From Acidobacteriota bacterium (GTDB lineage: Bacteria; Chloroflexota; Dehalococcoidia; SM23-28-2), in contig JAIVWR010000001.1 of the NCBI GenBank assembly GCA_048636435.1, forward strand, positions 1 through 26,687: a stretch of 26,687 nucleotides of DNA, written 5' to 3'. The first letter of the stretch is position 1. Each line of letters begins with the position of its first letter. This document shows, in pieces, positions 18,404 through 26,687 of the stretch. The position numbers and the translations under genes are program-made. Below the pieces are notes generated by a model. That model made no database searches and was not told the origin of the DNA. It was given only the letters and a program-made list of their open reading frames with translations.

Positions 18404-18405
18404 CC

Positions 18406-18591
18406 CTACTCCTCCACCTCCTCCACCTCTACCAAATGGCGCACTCTAAGTATCATACCACGCACAACTGGCGAGTCGCTATGTTCCACCACCTGCCTCA
18501 AGCGCCGCAGCCCCAGGGCGCGGATAGTCCGCCGCTGGTTTGCCGCGTAGCCGATGGCGCTCTTCCTCCAGGTGATCTTAAGCTTGGTCAT
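18406..18591 (-). CDS. rpmD: 50S ribosomal protein L30
   Basis: [31 protein letters not shown]. Confidence 0.96.
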   Translation of the reverse strand: MTKLKITWRKSAIGYAANQRRTIRALGLRRLRQVVEHSDSPVVRGMILRVRHLVEVEEVEE

Positions 18592-18597
18592 CGCTCC

Positions 18598-19125
18598 CTA
18601 CGTCTCGACGGTAGCCAGAGCTCGACGGCTGGCCACCGCCGACTTGACGTCCTTCATCTGAGAAAGACCGAGCATGGTGGCTTTCACCACGTTCACCGCG
18701 TTGTCGCTGCCCAGCGACTTTGCCACCACGTCCCGAATGCCCGCCATCTGCAACACCGCTCGCACGCCCCCGCCAGCGATGAGGCCGGTGCCCGGCGGCG
18801 CCGGCTTCATGAGCACCTTGGCAGCGCCAAAGTGCACCCACACCTCGTGGGGGATAGTCGTTCCCTTCATGGGAATCTTGATCAGGTTCTTGCGCGCTAT
18901 GGTGGTAGCCTTACGGATGGCTTCGGGCACCTCCCTGGCCTTGCCTATGGCCGCACCTACACGCCCCTCGCCGTCACCTACCACCACCACGGCGGTGAAG
19001 TGGAAGCGGCGGCCTCCCTTGACCACCTTGGCCACTCGGTTGATGAACACCACCTTCTCGGCCAACTCCAGCTCCAGCGGCTCGATCTTCTGGTCAGCGG
19101 CTAGGTATTTCCTGGGATTCGACAT
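18598..19125 (-). CDS. rpsE: 30S ribosomal protein S5
   Basis: [41 protein letters not shown]. Confidence 0.98.
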   Translation of the reverse strand: MSNPRKYLAADQKIEPLELELAEKVVFINRVAKVVKGGRRFHFTAVVVVGDGEGRVGAAIGKAREVPEAIRKATTIARKNLIKIPMKGTTIPHEVWVHFGAAKVLMKPAPPGTGLIAGGGVRAVLQMAGIRDVVAKSLGSDNAVNVVKATMLGLSQMKDVKSAVASRRALATVET

Positions 19126-19137
19126 CTCTCCCCATCT

Positions 19138-19506
19138 CTAGATCACGAGCCCGCCCTTGCGAGCGGCATCAGCCAGCGCCTTGACCCGACCGTGAAACTT
19201 GTAGCCGCCACGGTCGAACACCACCGTCCCGATGCCTTTCTCTTGGGCACGCTCGGCCAATCGCTGCCCCACGAGGCTGGCCACCTCTGTCTTGCGCTTG
19301 CCGTTAGCCTGCTGACGGATGTCCGCCTCCAGGTCGCAGGCGGCTACCAGCGTGTGGCCGCTCTCATCATCGATCACCTGAGCATAGATGTGCTTGGGGC
19401 TGCGAAAGACGCACAAACGTGGCCTCTGGGGCGTGCCCACGACCTTCTGACGCACCCGCCGGTGTCGATGCACTCGGGCTGCTCGCGCTGTCTTCTTGCC
19501 TTTCAT
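19138..19506 (-). CDS. rplR: 50S ribosomal protein L18
   Basis: [45 protein letters not shown]. Confidence 0.98.
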   Translation of the reverse strand: MKGKKTARAARVHRHRRVRQKVVGTPQRPRLCVFRSPKHIYAQVIDDESGHTLVAACDLEADIRQQANGKRKTEVASLVGQRLAERAQEKGIGTVVFDRGGYKFHGRVKALADAARKGGLVI

Positions 19507-19508
19507 GA

Positions 19509-20057
19509 CTAATGCTTAATGATCTTCCCCGCCTTGCCTGCCTTGTGGCGGACCCTCTCACCCTGATAGCGGATGCCCTTGCCCTTGTAGGGATCAGGCG
19601 GCCGCACAGCACGAATATCGGCTGCCACCTGGCCCACCAGTTCCCTGCTCATGCCCTCCACCATCACTCGACTCGTGCCCACCACCGTCACGCTGATCTC
19701 AGGCGGCGGCGTTATCTCCACCGGCCGCGAGTAGCCCACCTGCAGCACCAGCTTCTGCCCCTGCAGCTGGGCTCGATAGCCCACCCCGTGCAGCTCCAGC
19801 ATCTTGCTGAAGCCCTCGGTCACGCCGGTGACCATGTTGGCCAGCAAACTGCGAGTGAGGCCATGCAGCGAGCGATGCTCGGGCCGGTCGCTGGGCCGGC
19901 TGACCAGCAGCTGGCCATCGTCCAGACGAATGTCAATGTCACGGTGAAACTGGCGGCTGAGCTCCCCCTTGGGGCCGCTTACAGTCACCCGGTCACCCTC
20001 GATCTTCACCTTCACCGCCGAGGGAATGACTATCGGCTGTCGGCCTATCCGAGACAT
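19509..20057 (-). CDS. rplF: 50S ribosomal protein L6
   Basis: [41 protein letters not shown]. Confidence 0.98.
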   Translation of the reverse strand: MSRIGRQPIVIPSAVKVKIEGDRVTVSGPKGELSRQFHRDIDIRLDDGQLLVSRPSDRPEHRSLHGLTRSLLANMVTGVTEGFSKMLELHGVGYRAQLQGQKLVLQVGYSRPVEITPPPEISVTVVGTSRVMVEGMSRELVGQVAADIRAVRPPDPYKGKGIRYQGERVRHKAGKAGKIIKH

Positions 20058-20070
20058 TACCCCTTATCCC

Positions 20071-20463
20071 TTACCACACGTAGCAGAGGACCTCGCCACC
20101 CACCCGCCGGCGCCAGGCCTCCTGTCCGGTCATTACCCCCTGAGGGGTGGTGAGGATGGCGATGCCCAAGCCTCCATACACACGCGGGATCTCCCGCTTC
20201 TGCACATACACCCTCAGGCCGGGCTTGCTTACCCGCCGCAGACCGCTGATACTGGGCTCCTTGCCGCTGTAAGCCAGATCGATACGCACGGCCCTCTTGA
20301 CGCCCTCAGGCACTACCTCGAAGCCCTTAATAAACCCCTCTTCCCTCAGCACCTTCGCGATAGCGATCTTCATCTTGGAGGCCGGCACCTGAACAGACTG
20401 GTGCCTGGCTACCATCGCATTGCGAATGCGCGTCAGCAGATCGGCGATGGGGTCGGTCACCAT
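20071..20463 (-). CDS. rpsH: 30S ribosomal protein S8
   Basis: [53 protein letters not shown]. Confidence 0.98.
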   Translation of the reverse strand: MVTDPIADLLTRIRNAMVARHQSVQVPASKMKIAIAKVLREEGFIKGFEVVPEGVKRAVRIDLAYSGKEPSISGLRRVSKPGLRVYVQKREIPRVYGGLGIAILTTPQGVMTGQEAWRRRVGGEVLCYVW

Positions 20464-20476
20464 TATGTATCACTCC

Positions 20477-20665
20477 CTACCAACTGGATTTCTTGACCCC
20501 GGGCAATTTGCCCTCTAGCGCCAGCTCGCGGAAACAGATACGGCAGAGAGCAAACCGCCGCATATAGGCCCGCGGCCGCCCGCACAGCCTGCAGCGATTA
20601 TTCCGCCGCACCTTGTATTTCGGTTCCTTGTAAAAGGCCTTAACGTAAAGGGCCTTACGGGTCAA
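20477..20665 (-). CDS. rpsZ: 30S ribosomal protein S14, type Z (short Zn-binding form)
   Basis: [11 protein letters not shown]...LCRICFRE...PGV.KSSW, 62 aa. TTG start with SD AAGGAGG. Confidence 0.96.
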   Translation of the reverse strand: MTRKALYVKAFYKEPKYKVRRNNRCRLCGRPRAYMRRFALCRICFRELALEGKLPGVKKSSW

Positions 20666-20700
20666 TGGTCCCTCCTTGCCCCGCCTGCCTCCAAGCAGGC

Positions 20701-21246
20701 TCAGCTACGGGCGAAAGGCATGCCCAACAGCTCCAGCAGCCGCTTGCCCTCCTCATCGCTCCTAGCCGTCGTTACCACCGTTATCTGAAAGCCTCGAATG
20801 CGGTCGATCTTATCGTAGTCCACCTCGGGAAAGATCAACTGCTCCTTGATGCCCAGGCTGTAGTTGCCGCGCCCATCGAACGAGTCGGGCGAAACCCCCT
20901 GAAAGTCGCGAATACGGGGCAGCGCGGCGTTCACCATACGGTCGAACAGCTCGTACATGCGGTCCCCCCGCACCGTCACCGAAAGACCGATAGGCATCCC
21001 CTTGCGGATCTTAAAGGCCGCGATGGACTTCTTAGCATGGTTGATCACCGGCCTCTGCCCTGTGATTGTGGCCGCGTCCTCAGCCGCCGAGTCCAGGGCC
21101 TTCGGGTTCTGGATTGCCTCCCCCAGGCCCACGTTCAGCACCATCTTCTCCAGGCGTGGCGTCTGCATTACGCTCTTATATCCGAACTCCTTCACAAGGG
21201 CCGGCACCACTTCCTCTCGATATCGCTCTTTAAGCCGGGGCGCCAT
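20701..21246 (-). CDS. rplE: 50S ribosomal protein L5
   Basis: [54 protein letters not shown] 21246 (or GTG 21249). Confidence 0.98.
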   Translation of the reverse strand: MAPRLKERYREEVVPALVKEFGYKSVMQTPRLEKMVLNVGLGEAIQNPKALDSAAEDAATITGQRPVINHAKKSIAAFKIRKGMPIGLSVTVRGDRMYELFDRMVNAALPRIRDFQGVSPDSFDGRGNYSLGIKEQLIFPEVDYDKIDRIRGFQITVVTTARSDEEGKRLLELLGMPFARS

Positions 21247-21257
21247 CACTATTACTC

Positions 21258-21569
21258 CTAGTCCAGGGACTGATCGCAGTGGCGGCAGAAGCGCACCTTG
21301 CCGCCGTCATCACGGAAGCGAAAACCCACCCGCGTTGGCTTGTTGCAGCTCTTGCAGATGACCATGACGTTGGACACGTGGATGGGCGCCTCCCTTTCGA
21401 TGATCCCTCCGGGGCGGTCGGCGCGCGGTCGCATGTGACGCTTCACTATATTCACGCCGGTGACAATCAGCCGCCTCTGGCGCGGTGCCACCTGACGGAC
21501 CACGCCCGTCTTGCCCCTCTCCTTGCCCTTGATAATCAGCACTGTGTCTTCGCGCCTGATCTTGGCCAT
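21258..21569 (-). CDS. rplX: 50S ribosomal protein L24
   Basis: KOW motif [34 protein letters not shown]. Confidence 0.97.
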   Translation of the reverse strand: MAKIRREDTVLIIKGKERGKTGVVRQVAPRQRRLIVTGVNIVKRHMRPRADRPGGIIEREAPIHVSNVMVICKSCNKPTRVGFRFRDDGGKVRFCRHCDQSLD

Positions 21570-21571
21570 GG

Positions 21572-21940
21572 CTACACCACTTCCGGTGCCAGGGACACGA
21601 TCTTCATGAAGTTCTTCTCCCGCAGCTCGCGAGCCACCGGCCCGAAGATGCGCGTGCCCCTCGGATTCAAGTCGTCGGTCAGGATGACAGCCGCGTTCTC
21701 ATCGAAGCGGATGTGGCTGCCATCCGGCCGGCCGTACCCCTTGGCCACCCTCACCACCACCGCTCTGACCACCTCGCCCTTCTTCACTGAGGAGCCAGGG
21801 ACAGCCTGCTTGATCGTACCCACGAAAACGTCGCCCACGCGGGCATACCGACGGCGTGTGCCACCCAGCACCCGAATGCACATGATCTGGCGGGCGCCGG
21901 TGTTGTCGGCCACCTTGAGGCGCGTAGACGACTGGATCAT
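21572..21940 (-). CDS. rplN: 50S ribosomal protein L14
   Basis: [47 protein letters not shown] overlap with the rpsQ stop. Confidence 0.98.
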   Translation of the reverse strand: MIQSSTRLKVADNTGARQIMCIRVLGGTRRRYARVGDVFVGTIKQAVPGSSVKKGEVVRAVVVRVAKGYGRPDGSHIRFDENAAVILTDDLNPRGTRIFGPVARELREKNFMKIVSLAPEVV

Positions 21941-22761
21941 GATTCCTGCGTTTCTTCCTTCTCAGACTGCTCTTCCTCTTCAGCCTTCGATTGGTCTTCC
22001 TCTGCCGGCGGCTGCTCTTCCTCCGCGGCCTCCGGCGCCTTCTCCTCTGCCGGCGGCTGCTCTTCCTCCGCGACCTCAGCCTTCTCCTCTGCCGGCGGCT
22101 GCTCCTCTTCCGCGGCCTCCGGCGCCTCTTCCTCTGCCGGCGGCTGCTCTTCCTCCGCGGCCTCCGGCGTCTCTTCCTCTGCCGGCGGCTGCTCTTCCTC
22201 CGCGGCCTCAGGCGTCTCTTCCTCTGCCGGCGGCTGCTCCTCTTCCGCCGCCTCCGGCGCCTCTTCCTCTGCCGGCGCCTCCTCCTCAGCCACCGCTGGC
22301 ACCTCCTCGGCCACTGCCTCCTCCTCCGCTGGTGCCGCCTCTTCCTCAGCCACCGCTGGCACCTCCTCGGCCACTGCCTCCTCCTTCGCTCGTGCCGCCT
22401 TTTCCTCCGCCGCCGCGGCTTCAGCAGCTATCGCCTCGTCCAGTTCCCTCACCTCCTCAGCCACCTCTTCCTCGATGATTGCCTTCTCCTCCTCGGGCAG
22501 GGCAGCGGTCGTCAGGATCTCGGCCACCTGCCAGCGCTTGTCCCGCGATAGGGGCCGCGTCTCCACGATGAGCACCTTATCGCCCACCCGACAGGCGTTC
22601 TCCTCGTCGTGCGCCTTGTAGCGCGTCACCCGCCGCATGATCTTCTTGTACAAACGATGCCGCTTGAGGGACCCAACTGCCACCACCACCGTCTTCGACA
22701 TCTTGTCTCTGACTACCACCCCCACACGGGTCTTCTGGCGACCGTGGCTGACTTTCGCCAT
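21937..22761 (-). CDS. rpsQ: 30S ribosomal protein S17 with a ~187-aa acidic tandem-repeat C-terminal extension
   Basis: Residues 1-87 are canonical S17 (G.VV.DKM.KTVVV, H..YKK, YKAHDE.N, GD.V.I.ETRPLS..KRW); the rest is E/A/P-rich repeat up to the stop overlapping the rplN start. Confidence 0.96.
   Translation of the reverse strand: MAKVSHGRQKTRVGVVVRDKMSKTVVVAVGSLKRHRLYKKIMRRVTRYKAHDEENACRVGDKVLIVETRPLSRDKRWQVAEILTTAALPEEEKAIIEEEVAEEVRELDEAIAAEAAAAEEKAARAKEEAVAEEVPAVAEEEAAPAEEEAVAEEVPAVAEEEAPAEEEAPEAAEEEQPPAEEETPEAAEEEQPPAEEETPEAAEEEQPPAEEEAPEAAEEEQPPAEEKAEVAEEEQPPAEEKAPEAAEEEQPPAEEDQSKAEEEEQSEKEETQES
21994..22260 (-). repeat. In-frame 45-nt tandem repeat, 6 copies (one 42 nt), unit (A/T)[13 protein letters not shown](E/K/D)
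   Basis: S17 residues 168-256; near-identical DNA units (TCTGCCGGCGGCTGCTC recurs on the plus strand). Confidence 0.95.
22267..22383 (-). repeat. In-frame 60/57-nt duplication, unit [16 protein letters not shown](A)PAE
   Basis: S17 residues 127-165; two near-identical DNA copies. Confidence 0.9.
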
Positions 22762-22762
22762 C

Positions 22763-22993
22763 CTACTCCTTCTCAGCGACCGCCTGCGCGACCAACTGCC
22801 GCTCCTTCTGGATCGTCTTCAGCCGAGCAATCCGCCGCTTGATCTGCCTGATCTGCCGGTAGTTGGACTCCTGGCGGGTCATCCAGCGCAGCCGCAGCGA
22901 GAAGAGACGACGGTGCGCCTCCTCCATCTCCTTGGCCAGGTCGCCATCCGACAGGTGGCGAATCTCATCAGCCCTTCGGTTGACCCTTGTCAC
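22763..22993 (-). CDS. rpmC: 50S ribosomal protein L29
   Basis: C-terminal part of the track's 181-aa ORF: [33 protein letters not shown] start at 22993 (or 22996) right after the rplP stop. Confidence 0.93.
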   Translation of the reverse strand: MTRVNRRADEIRHLSDGDLAKEMEEAHRRLFSLRLRWMTRQESNYRQIRQIKRRIARLKTIQKERQLVAQAVAEKE

Positions 22994-22995
22994 CA

Positions 22996-23421
22996 CTATT
23001 CCCCCAAGGCCGTCGCCTCGCGAGCCACCACCCGTGTGGGAATTGGCAGCTTGTGCGACGCCAGCCGCATGGCCTCCCGTGCCACGTCCTCCTGCACACC
23101 AGCGATCTCGAACAGAATCCTCCCCGGCTTGATCACCGCCACCCAGTGGTCGGGGGCAGCCTTGCCGCTGCCCATGCGCGTCTCCGCTGCCTTCTTGGTC
23201 ACGGACTTGTCGGGGAAAACGCAGATCCACACCTTGCCGCCACGGCGCATGTGGTGAGTGATGGCGCGACGCGCGGCCTCGATCTGGCGGGCGGTCATCC
23301 AGGTGCATCCCAGCGCCTGAAGCCCGAACTCGCCGAACGTCACCTTGTTGCCGGCAGTGGCTTTGCCTCTGCGCCGGCCTCGATGAACCTTCCGATGCTT
23401 CACTCGCTTAGGCTGCAGCAT
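22996..23421 (-). CDS. rplP: 50S ribosomal protein L16
   Basis: [46 protein letters not shown]. Confidence 0.98.
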   Translation of the reverse strand: MLQPKRVKHRKVHRGRRRGKATAGNKVTFGEFGLQALGCTWMTARQIEAARRAITHHMRRGGKVWICVFPDKSVTKKAAETRMGSGKAAPDHWVAVIKPGRILFEIAGVQEDVAREAMRLASHKLPIPTRVVAREATALGE

Positions 23422-23427
23422 GACCGC

Positions 23428-24108
23428 TCACTCCCCAGCGCTCGGCGAGGGGGATTCCTCCTCTTCTGCTCGTTCCTTGGCCTCGGGCACAATATCGCCC
23501 TTATAAATCCAAACCTTGACGCCAATACGGCCGAGCGCGGTGTGGGCCTCCGCGGTGCCGTAGTCGATGTCCGCTTTCAGGGTGTGCAAAGGCACTCGCC
23601 CCACCATCTCCGTGTCCGTGCGCGACATTTCCCTGCCGCCCAGACGCCCCGCCACCTTGATCTTGATGCCCTCGACCCCCCGTTGCATTGTTCGGGCCAC
23701 CGTTTGCTTCATCGCCCGCCGATGCGACACTCGCCGCTCCAGTTGATCTGCCACCGCCCTGGCCACCAGGGTAGCGTCCATCTCCGGCATGCGGATCTCG
23801 ACGATGTTCACCCGCATGCGCCGACCGCTCAGCCCCTCCAGCTCCTTGCGCACCTCGTCCACCCGCTGGCCGCCGCGGCCGATCACGATGCCCGGCCGCG
23901 CCGTGTGAATGGTCACCGTCACCTGGTTAGCGTTGCGGTCGATCTCCACATTGGACACGCCAGCATCGACCAGCATTCGACTGAGCACCTTCCGGATAGT
24001 CAGATCCTCGTGCAGGAGAGCGGTGTAGGTCTTCTCGGCGAACCACCTGCTCTTCCAGCCGTACAGATAGCCGAGGCGAAAGCCGTGGGGGTGAACCTTC
24101 TGACCCAT
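23428..24108 (-). CDS. rpsC: 30S ribosomal protein S3
   Basis: [61 protein letters not shown]. Start ATG 24108 with SD GGAGG. Confidence 0.98.
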   Translation of the reverse strand: MGQKVHPHGFRLGYLYGWKSRWFAEKTYTALLHEDLTIRKVLSRMLVDAGVSNVEIDRNANQVTVTIHTARPGIVIGRGGQRVDEVRKELEGLSGRRMRVNIVEIRMPEMDATLVARAVADQLERRVSHRRAMKQTVARTMQRGVEGIKIKVAGRLGGREMSRTDTEMVGRVPLHTLKADIDYGTAEAHTALGRIGVKVWIYKGDIVPEAKERAEEEESPSPSAGE

Positions 24109-24109
24109 G

Positions 24110-24448
24110 CTAGCCTCCAACCTCCTCTACTACAATCGTAACGTGGCTGCGTCGCTTCAGGATGGGAGATGCCCGGCCGCGGGCGCGCGCCCGCCATCGC
24201 TTCACCACCGGCGCATCGCCAGCATAGGCAGCGATGACTCGCAGGTAACGCGGGTCTATCTGGTAGTTGTTCTCGGCGTTCGCTACCGCCGACCGCACCA
24301 CCTTGGCCACCACCCTGGCATGAGGTGACGGCAAGTGGCGCAGACGGGCCAGAATCTCGGTCGTGCTCCTGCCCGGCAACTGCTCGAGGACAAGCCGTAT
24401 CTTCTTAGGCGATACGGCCACGTTCCTGGCTACGGCTCTCACCTGCAT
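24110..24448 (-). CDS. rplV: 50S ribosomal protein L22
   Basis: [38 protein letters not shown]. Confidence 0.97.
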   Translation of the reverse strand: MQVRAVARNVAVSPKKIRLVLEQLPGRSTTEILARLRHLPSPHARVVAKVVRSAVANAENNYQIDPRYLRVIAAYAGDAPVVKRWRARARGRASPILKRRSHVTIVVEEVGG

Positions 24449-24457
24449 ACTACGTCC

Positions 24458-24748
24458 CTACCGCCGCTGCACCTTGGTGAACTTCTCCGACCGACCACCG
24501 TGGCCACGGAAGGTGCGCGTCAACGCGAACTCCCCCAAGCGGTGGCCGACCATGTTCTCAGTAATAAAGATGGGCACATGGCGCCGACCGTCGTAGACCG
24601 CGATCGTCAGCCCGACCATCCCAGGCATGATAGTGGACGCCCTCGACCAGGTGCGAATGACCGTCTTCTGGCCTGACCGCTGCACCGCCTCGATCTTCTT
24701 CGCCAGCTTGGCTTCTATGAATGGCCCCTTCTTGGTCGATCTGGTCAA
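24458..24748 (-). CDS. rpsS: 30S ribosomal protein S19
   Basis: [45 protein letters not shown] start. Confidence 0.98.
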   Translation of the reverse strand: MTRSTKKGPFIEAKLAKKIEAVQRSGQKTVIRTWSRASTIMPGMVGLTIAVYDGRRHVPIFITENMVGHRLGEFALTRTFRGHGGRSEKFTKVQRR

Positions 24749-24758
24749 CGCCTACCCC

Positions 24759-25589
24759 CTACCTGCCACCGCGACGTCGCACAATGTACTTGTCGCTGCC
24801 CTTGCGCCGGCGCGTGCGATAACCCAGCGCCGGCTTGCCCCACGGCGTCTTCGGCCCGGGCATACCGATGGGAGCCTTGCCCTCGCCGCCGCCGTGAGGG
24901 TGATCATTCGGGTTCATGGCCGAGCCACGCACCGTGGGCCGCCTCCCCATGAGGCGGGCACGCCCTGCCCGGCCGAGCTTGATCTGACTGTGTTCAGCGT
25001 TGCCCACCTGCCCGACAGTCGCCAGGCAGTCGGCCAGGATCTTGCGTATCTCCCCCGAGGGCAGCCGCACGAGCACGTATCGCTCCTCCTTAGCCATCAC
25101 CTGGGCAGAACCACCGGCACTGCGCACCAGTTGACCGCCCCGCTTCAACGCCAGCTCCACGTTGTGCACCGCCGTGCCCAGCGGCATCCTCCTCAGGGGC
25201 AGAGCATTGCCCGGCCGTATTTCCGCCTCGGGGCCGCACACCACCGTATCCCCCACCTTCAGGCCCACCGGCCAGAGGATGTAGCGCTTGTCGCCGTCCG
25301 CGTAGTGGATAAGGGCGATGCGCGCCGAGCGGTTGGGGTCGTATTCGATGGCTGCCACCTTGCCCGGCACGCCAAAGTTGTCCCGCTTGAAATCGATAAG
25401 CCGCAGCATCCGCTTGGCGCCGCCGCCGCGGTGGCGCACGGTGATCCGCCCCTGACGGTTGCGACCCGCCTTCCTCTTCAAGGGTACCGTCAGAGACTTC
25501 TCCGGCTTCTTCTTGGTTATCTCCTCGAAGGTGTAGCCGGTCGCTCCCCGGCGGCCGGGAGACGTGGGCTTGTACTGCTTAATCCCCAT
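24759..25589 (-). CDS. rplB: 50S ribosomal protein L2
   Basis: [58 protein letters not shown]. Start ATG 25589; the track's 25685 start is too far upstream. Confidence 0.98.
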   Translation of the reverse strand: MGIKQYKPTSPGRRGATGYTFEEITKKKPEKSLTVPLKRKAGRNRQGRITVRHRGGGAKRMLRLIDFKRDNFGVPGKVAAIEYDPNRSARIALIHYADGDKRYILWPVGLKVGDTVVCGPEAEIRPGNALPLRRMPLGTAVHNVELALKRGGQLVRSAGGSAQVMAKEERYVLVRLPSGEIRKILADCLATVGQVGNAEHSQIKLGRAGRARLMGRRPTVRGSAMNPNDHPHGGGEGKAPIGMPGPKTPWGKPALGYRTRRRKGSDKYIVRRRGGR

Positions 25590-25591
25590 CT

Positions 25592-25888
25592 CTACACACC
25601 CTCGAACAGCTCGATCTTGTCCCCTGGTGCCAGGGTGACGATAGCCTTCTTCCAGGTGGGTCTGACGACTTGCCTTCTGCCCCACCTTCGCTGCTTGCCC
25701 CTCACGTTCATCACGTTAACCGCCATCACCCGCACCTCGAAGGCCTTCTCAACCGCCTGCTTGATCTGGATCTTGTTGGCTCCTCTCGCCACCCGAAAGG
25801 CATACTTGTCCTCGGCCAGCAGGTAGCTGCCCTTCTCAGTCATCAGGGGCTGCTCGATTATGTCGTAGGGGTGAAGGGCCTTGGGCAT
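25592..25888 (-). CDS. rplW: 50S ribosomal protein L23
   Basis: P..TEK, Y.F.V...[26 protein letters not shown]. Confidence 0.97.
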   Translation of the reverse strand: MPKALHPYDIIEQPLMTEKGSYLLAEDKYAFRVARGANKIQIKQAVEKAFEVRVMAVNVMNVRGKQRRWGRRQVVRPTWKKAIVTLAPGDKIELFEGV

Positions 25889-25889
25889 C

Positions 25890-26573
25890 CTAGCTCGCCT
25901 CCTGCCCGCCGGCAGCCACGCCCGTCCTTGGCCGCCGCTGCCCCACGCGATCGCCGCCCCAAAGGGCTTCGCAGCGGCGCACCGCCGCCACCGTCATCAC
26001 CAGAACGCGATGCCTGATCATGTCCACCACGTTGAGGTAGTCGGCGGGCAGAACCTTCGTCTTCGGTATGTTATGGGCGCTCATGCGCACGCCCCGGTCC
26101 GGCTCGCCGGTGACGATGAGAGCCGACCGCTCTATGCCGATGTTTGTCAGCACGCTCACCATGTCCTTTGTGCGCGGCTTCTCCAGGGCCAGCTCCTTGA
26201 CCACCACCAGGCGGCCGTCGGCCACCTTGCCCGATAGCACCGAGCGGATGGCCAGCCGCTTCATGCGCTTGGGCAATGCCTGGCGATAGCTGCGAGGCTT
26301 AGGCCCGAAGGCGACACCGCCGCCCCGACGGTGGGGCGCGCGATTCGTCCCCTGACGCGCCCGGCCAGTCCCCTTCTGTATGCGCACCTTGGCGGTGCTG
26401 CCCCGTTTCTCGCTCCGTGTCTTCGTGCTGGCGGTGCCAGCCCGCTGATTGGCCTGCTGAGCCACAAACGCCTGATGCACCACCGCCCGGTTAGGCTTGA
26501 TAGCGAATACCTGATCGTCCACTGTGATTGCCTTCAACTTGGCTCCCTTAGCGTTGTATACGGGAAGCTTCAC
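25890..26573 (-). CDS. rplD: 50S ribosomal protein L4
   Basis: RAGT.STKTRSE, QKGTGRARQG, GGGVAFGPKPRSY, KKM/KRMKRLA..S.LS. GTG start. Confidence 0.97.
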   Translation of the reverse strand: MKLPVYNAKGAKLKAITVDDQVFAIKPNRAVVHQAFVAQQANQRAGTASTKTRSEKRGSTAKVRIQKGTGRARQGTNRAPHRRGGGVAFGPKPRSYRQALPKRMKRLAIRSVLSGKVADGRLVVVKELALEKPRTKDMVSVLTNIGIERSALIVTGEPDRGVRMSAHNIPKTKVLPADYLNVVDMIRHRVLVMTVAAVRRCEALWGGDRVGQRRPRTGVAAGGQEAS

Positions 26574-26687
26574 GACTTCTTGCCCTCAGTATCCTCAGCC
26601 GGAGGCTCCTCGGCCTTCGCCTCCTCAGCCGGTGGCTCCTCGGCCGGCGGCTCCTCAGCCGGCGGCTCCTCGGCCGTGGGCTCCTCG
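26570..26687 (-). CDS. rplC: 3' end of the gene preceding rplD (probably L3), consisting of an acidic repeat tail; partial
   Basis: Minus-strand frame from 26686 reads EEPTAEEPPAEEPPAEEPPAEEAKAEEPPAEDTEGKKS*, with TGA overlapping the rplD GTG (GTGA). The L3 identity rests only on S10-operon gene order; no L3 core is inside the window. Confidence 0.7.
   Translation of the reverse strand, partial: EEPTAEEPPAEEPPAEEPPAEEAKAEEPPAEDTEGKKS
26597..26686 (-). repeat. In-frame 15-nt tandem repeat, at least 6 units, EEPPA consensus
   Basis: GAGGAGCCGCCGGC(C/T) units; the array runs off the window edge. Confidence 0.9.

Noticed and set aside
21994-22260. Regularly spaced repeats resembling a CRISPR array
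   Set aside because: The units are contiguous with no unique spacers, preserve the reading frame inside rpsQ, and no cas genes are present.
22763-23308. 181-aa ORF suggesting an N-terminally extended L29
   Set aside because: The extra part overlaps rplP out of frame; L29 similarity and an SD-like GGGGGA support a start at 22993/22996.
10579-26289. Many plus-strand ORFs opposite r-protein genes (e.g. 14985-15932, 21279-22478, 22987-24141, 24627-25826)
   Set aside because: Shadow frames. The Pro/Ala/Leu repeats in 21279-22478 simply mirror the S17 repeat.

Overview
High-GC bacterial core-genome window with two convergent operons. Chloroflexota (probably Dehalococcoidia) is my inference from protein style and gene neighbourhood. 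Plus strand (1-9823): the 3' part of a hypothetical gene, a sigma70-type promoter, a SAM-I (S-box) riboswitch with an intrinsic terminator, then mtnA-mtnP-GNAT-ahcY-metK-nucleotidyltransferase-PGM/PMM-PGI/PMI. Minus strand (26687-9820): the S10-spc-alpha ribosomal protein cluster from the 3' end of the gene before rplD (probably rplC) to rplQ-truA-rplM-rpsI, including secY, adk, map, infA, rpmJ (missed by the ORF track) and rpoA. No mobile elements, tRNA/rRNA genes or CRISPR arrays were seen. The most unusual signal is a set of long Glu/Ala/Pro-rich, partly tandem-repeat C-terminal tails on core machinery: ~187 aa on S17, 123 aa on RNA polymerase alpha, an EEPPA-repeat tail on the probable L3, and short acidic tails on L17 and S3. 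Other points of interest are a Met-rich N-terminus on MetK, sugar-phosphate genes apparently under SAM-riboswitch control, and two operons colliding at a shared CTAG with no terminator between them.
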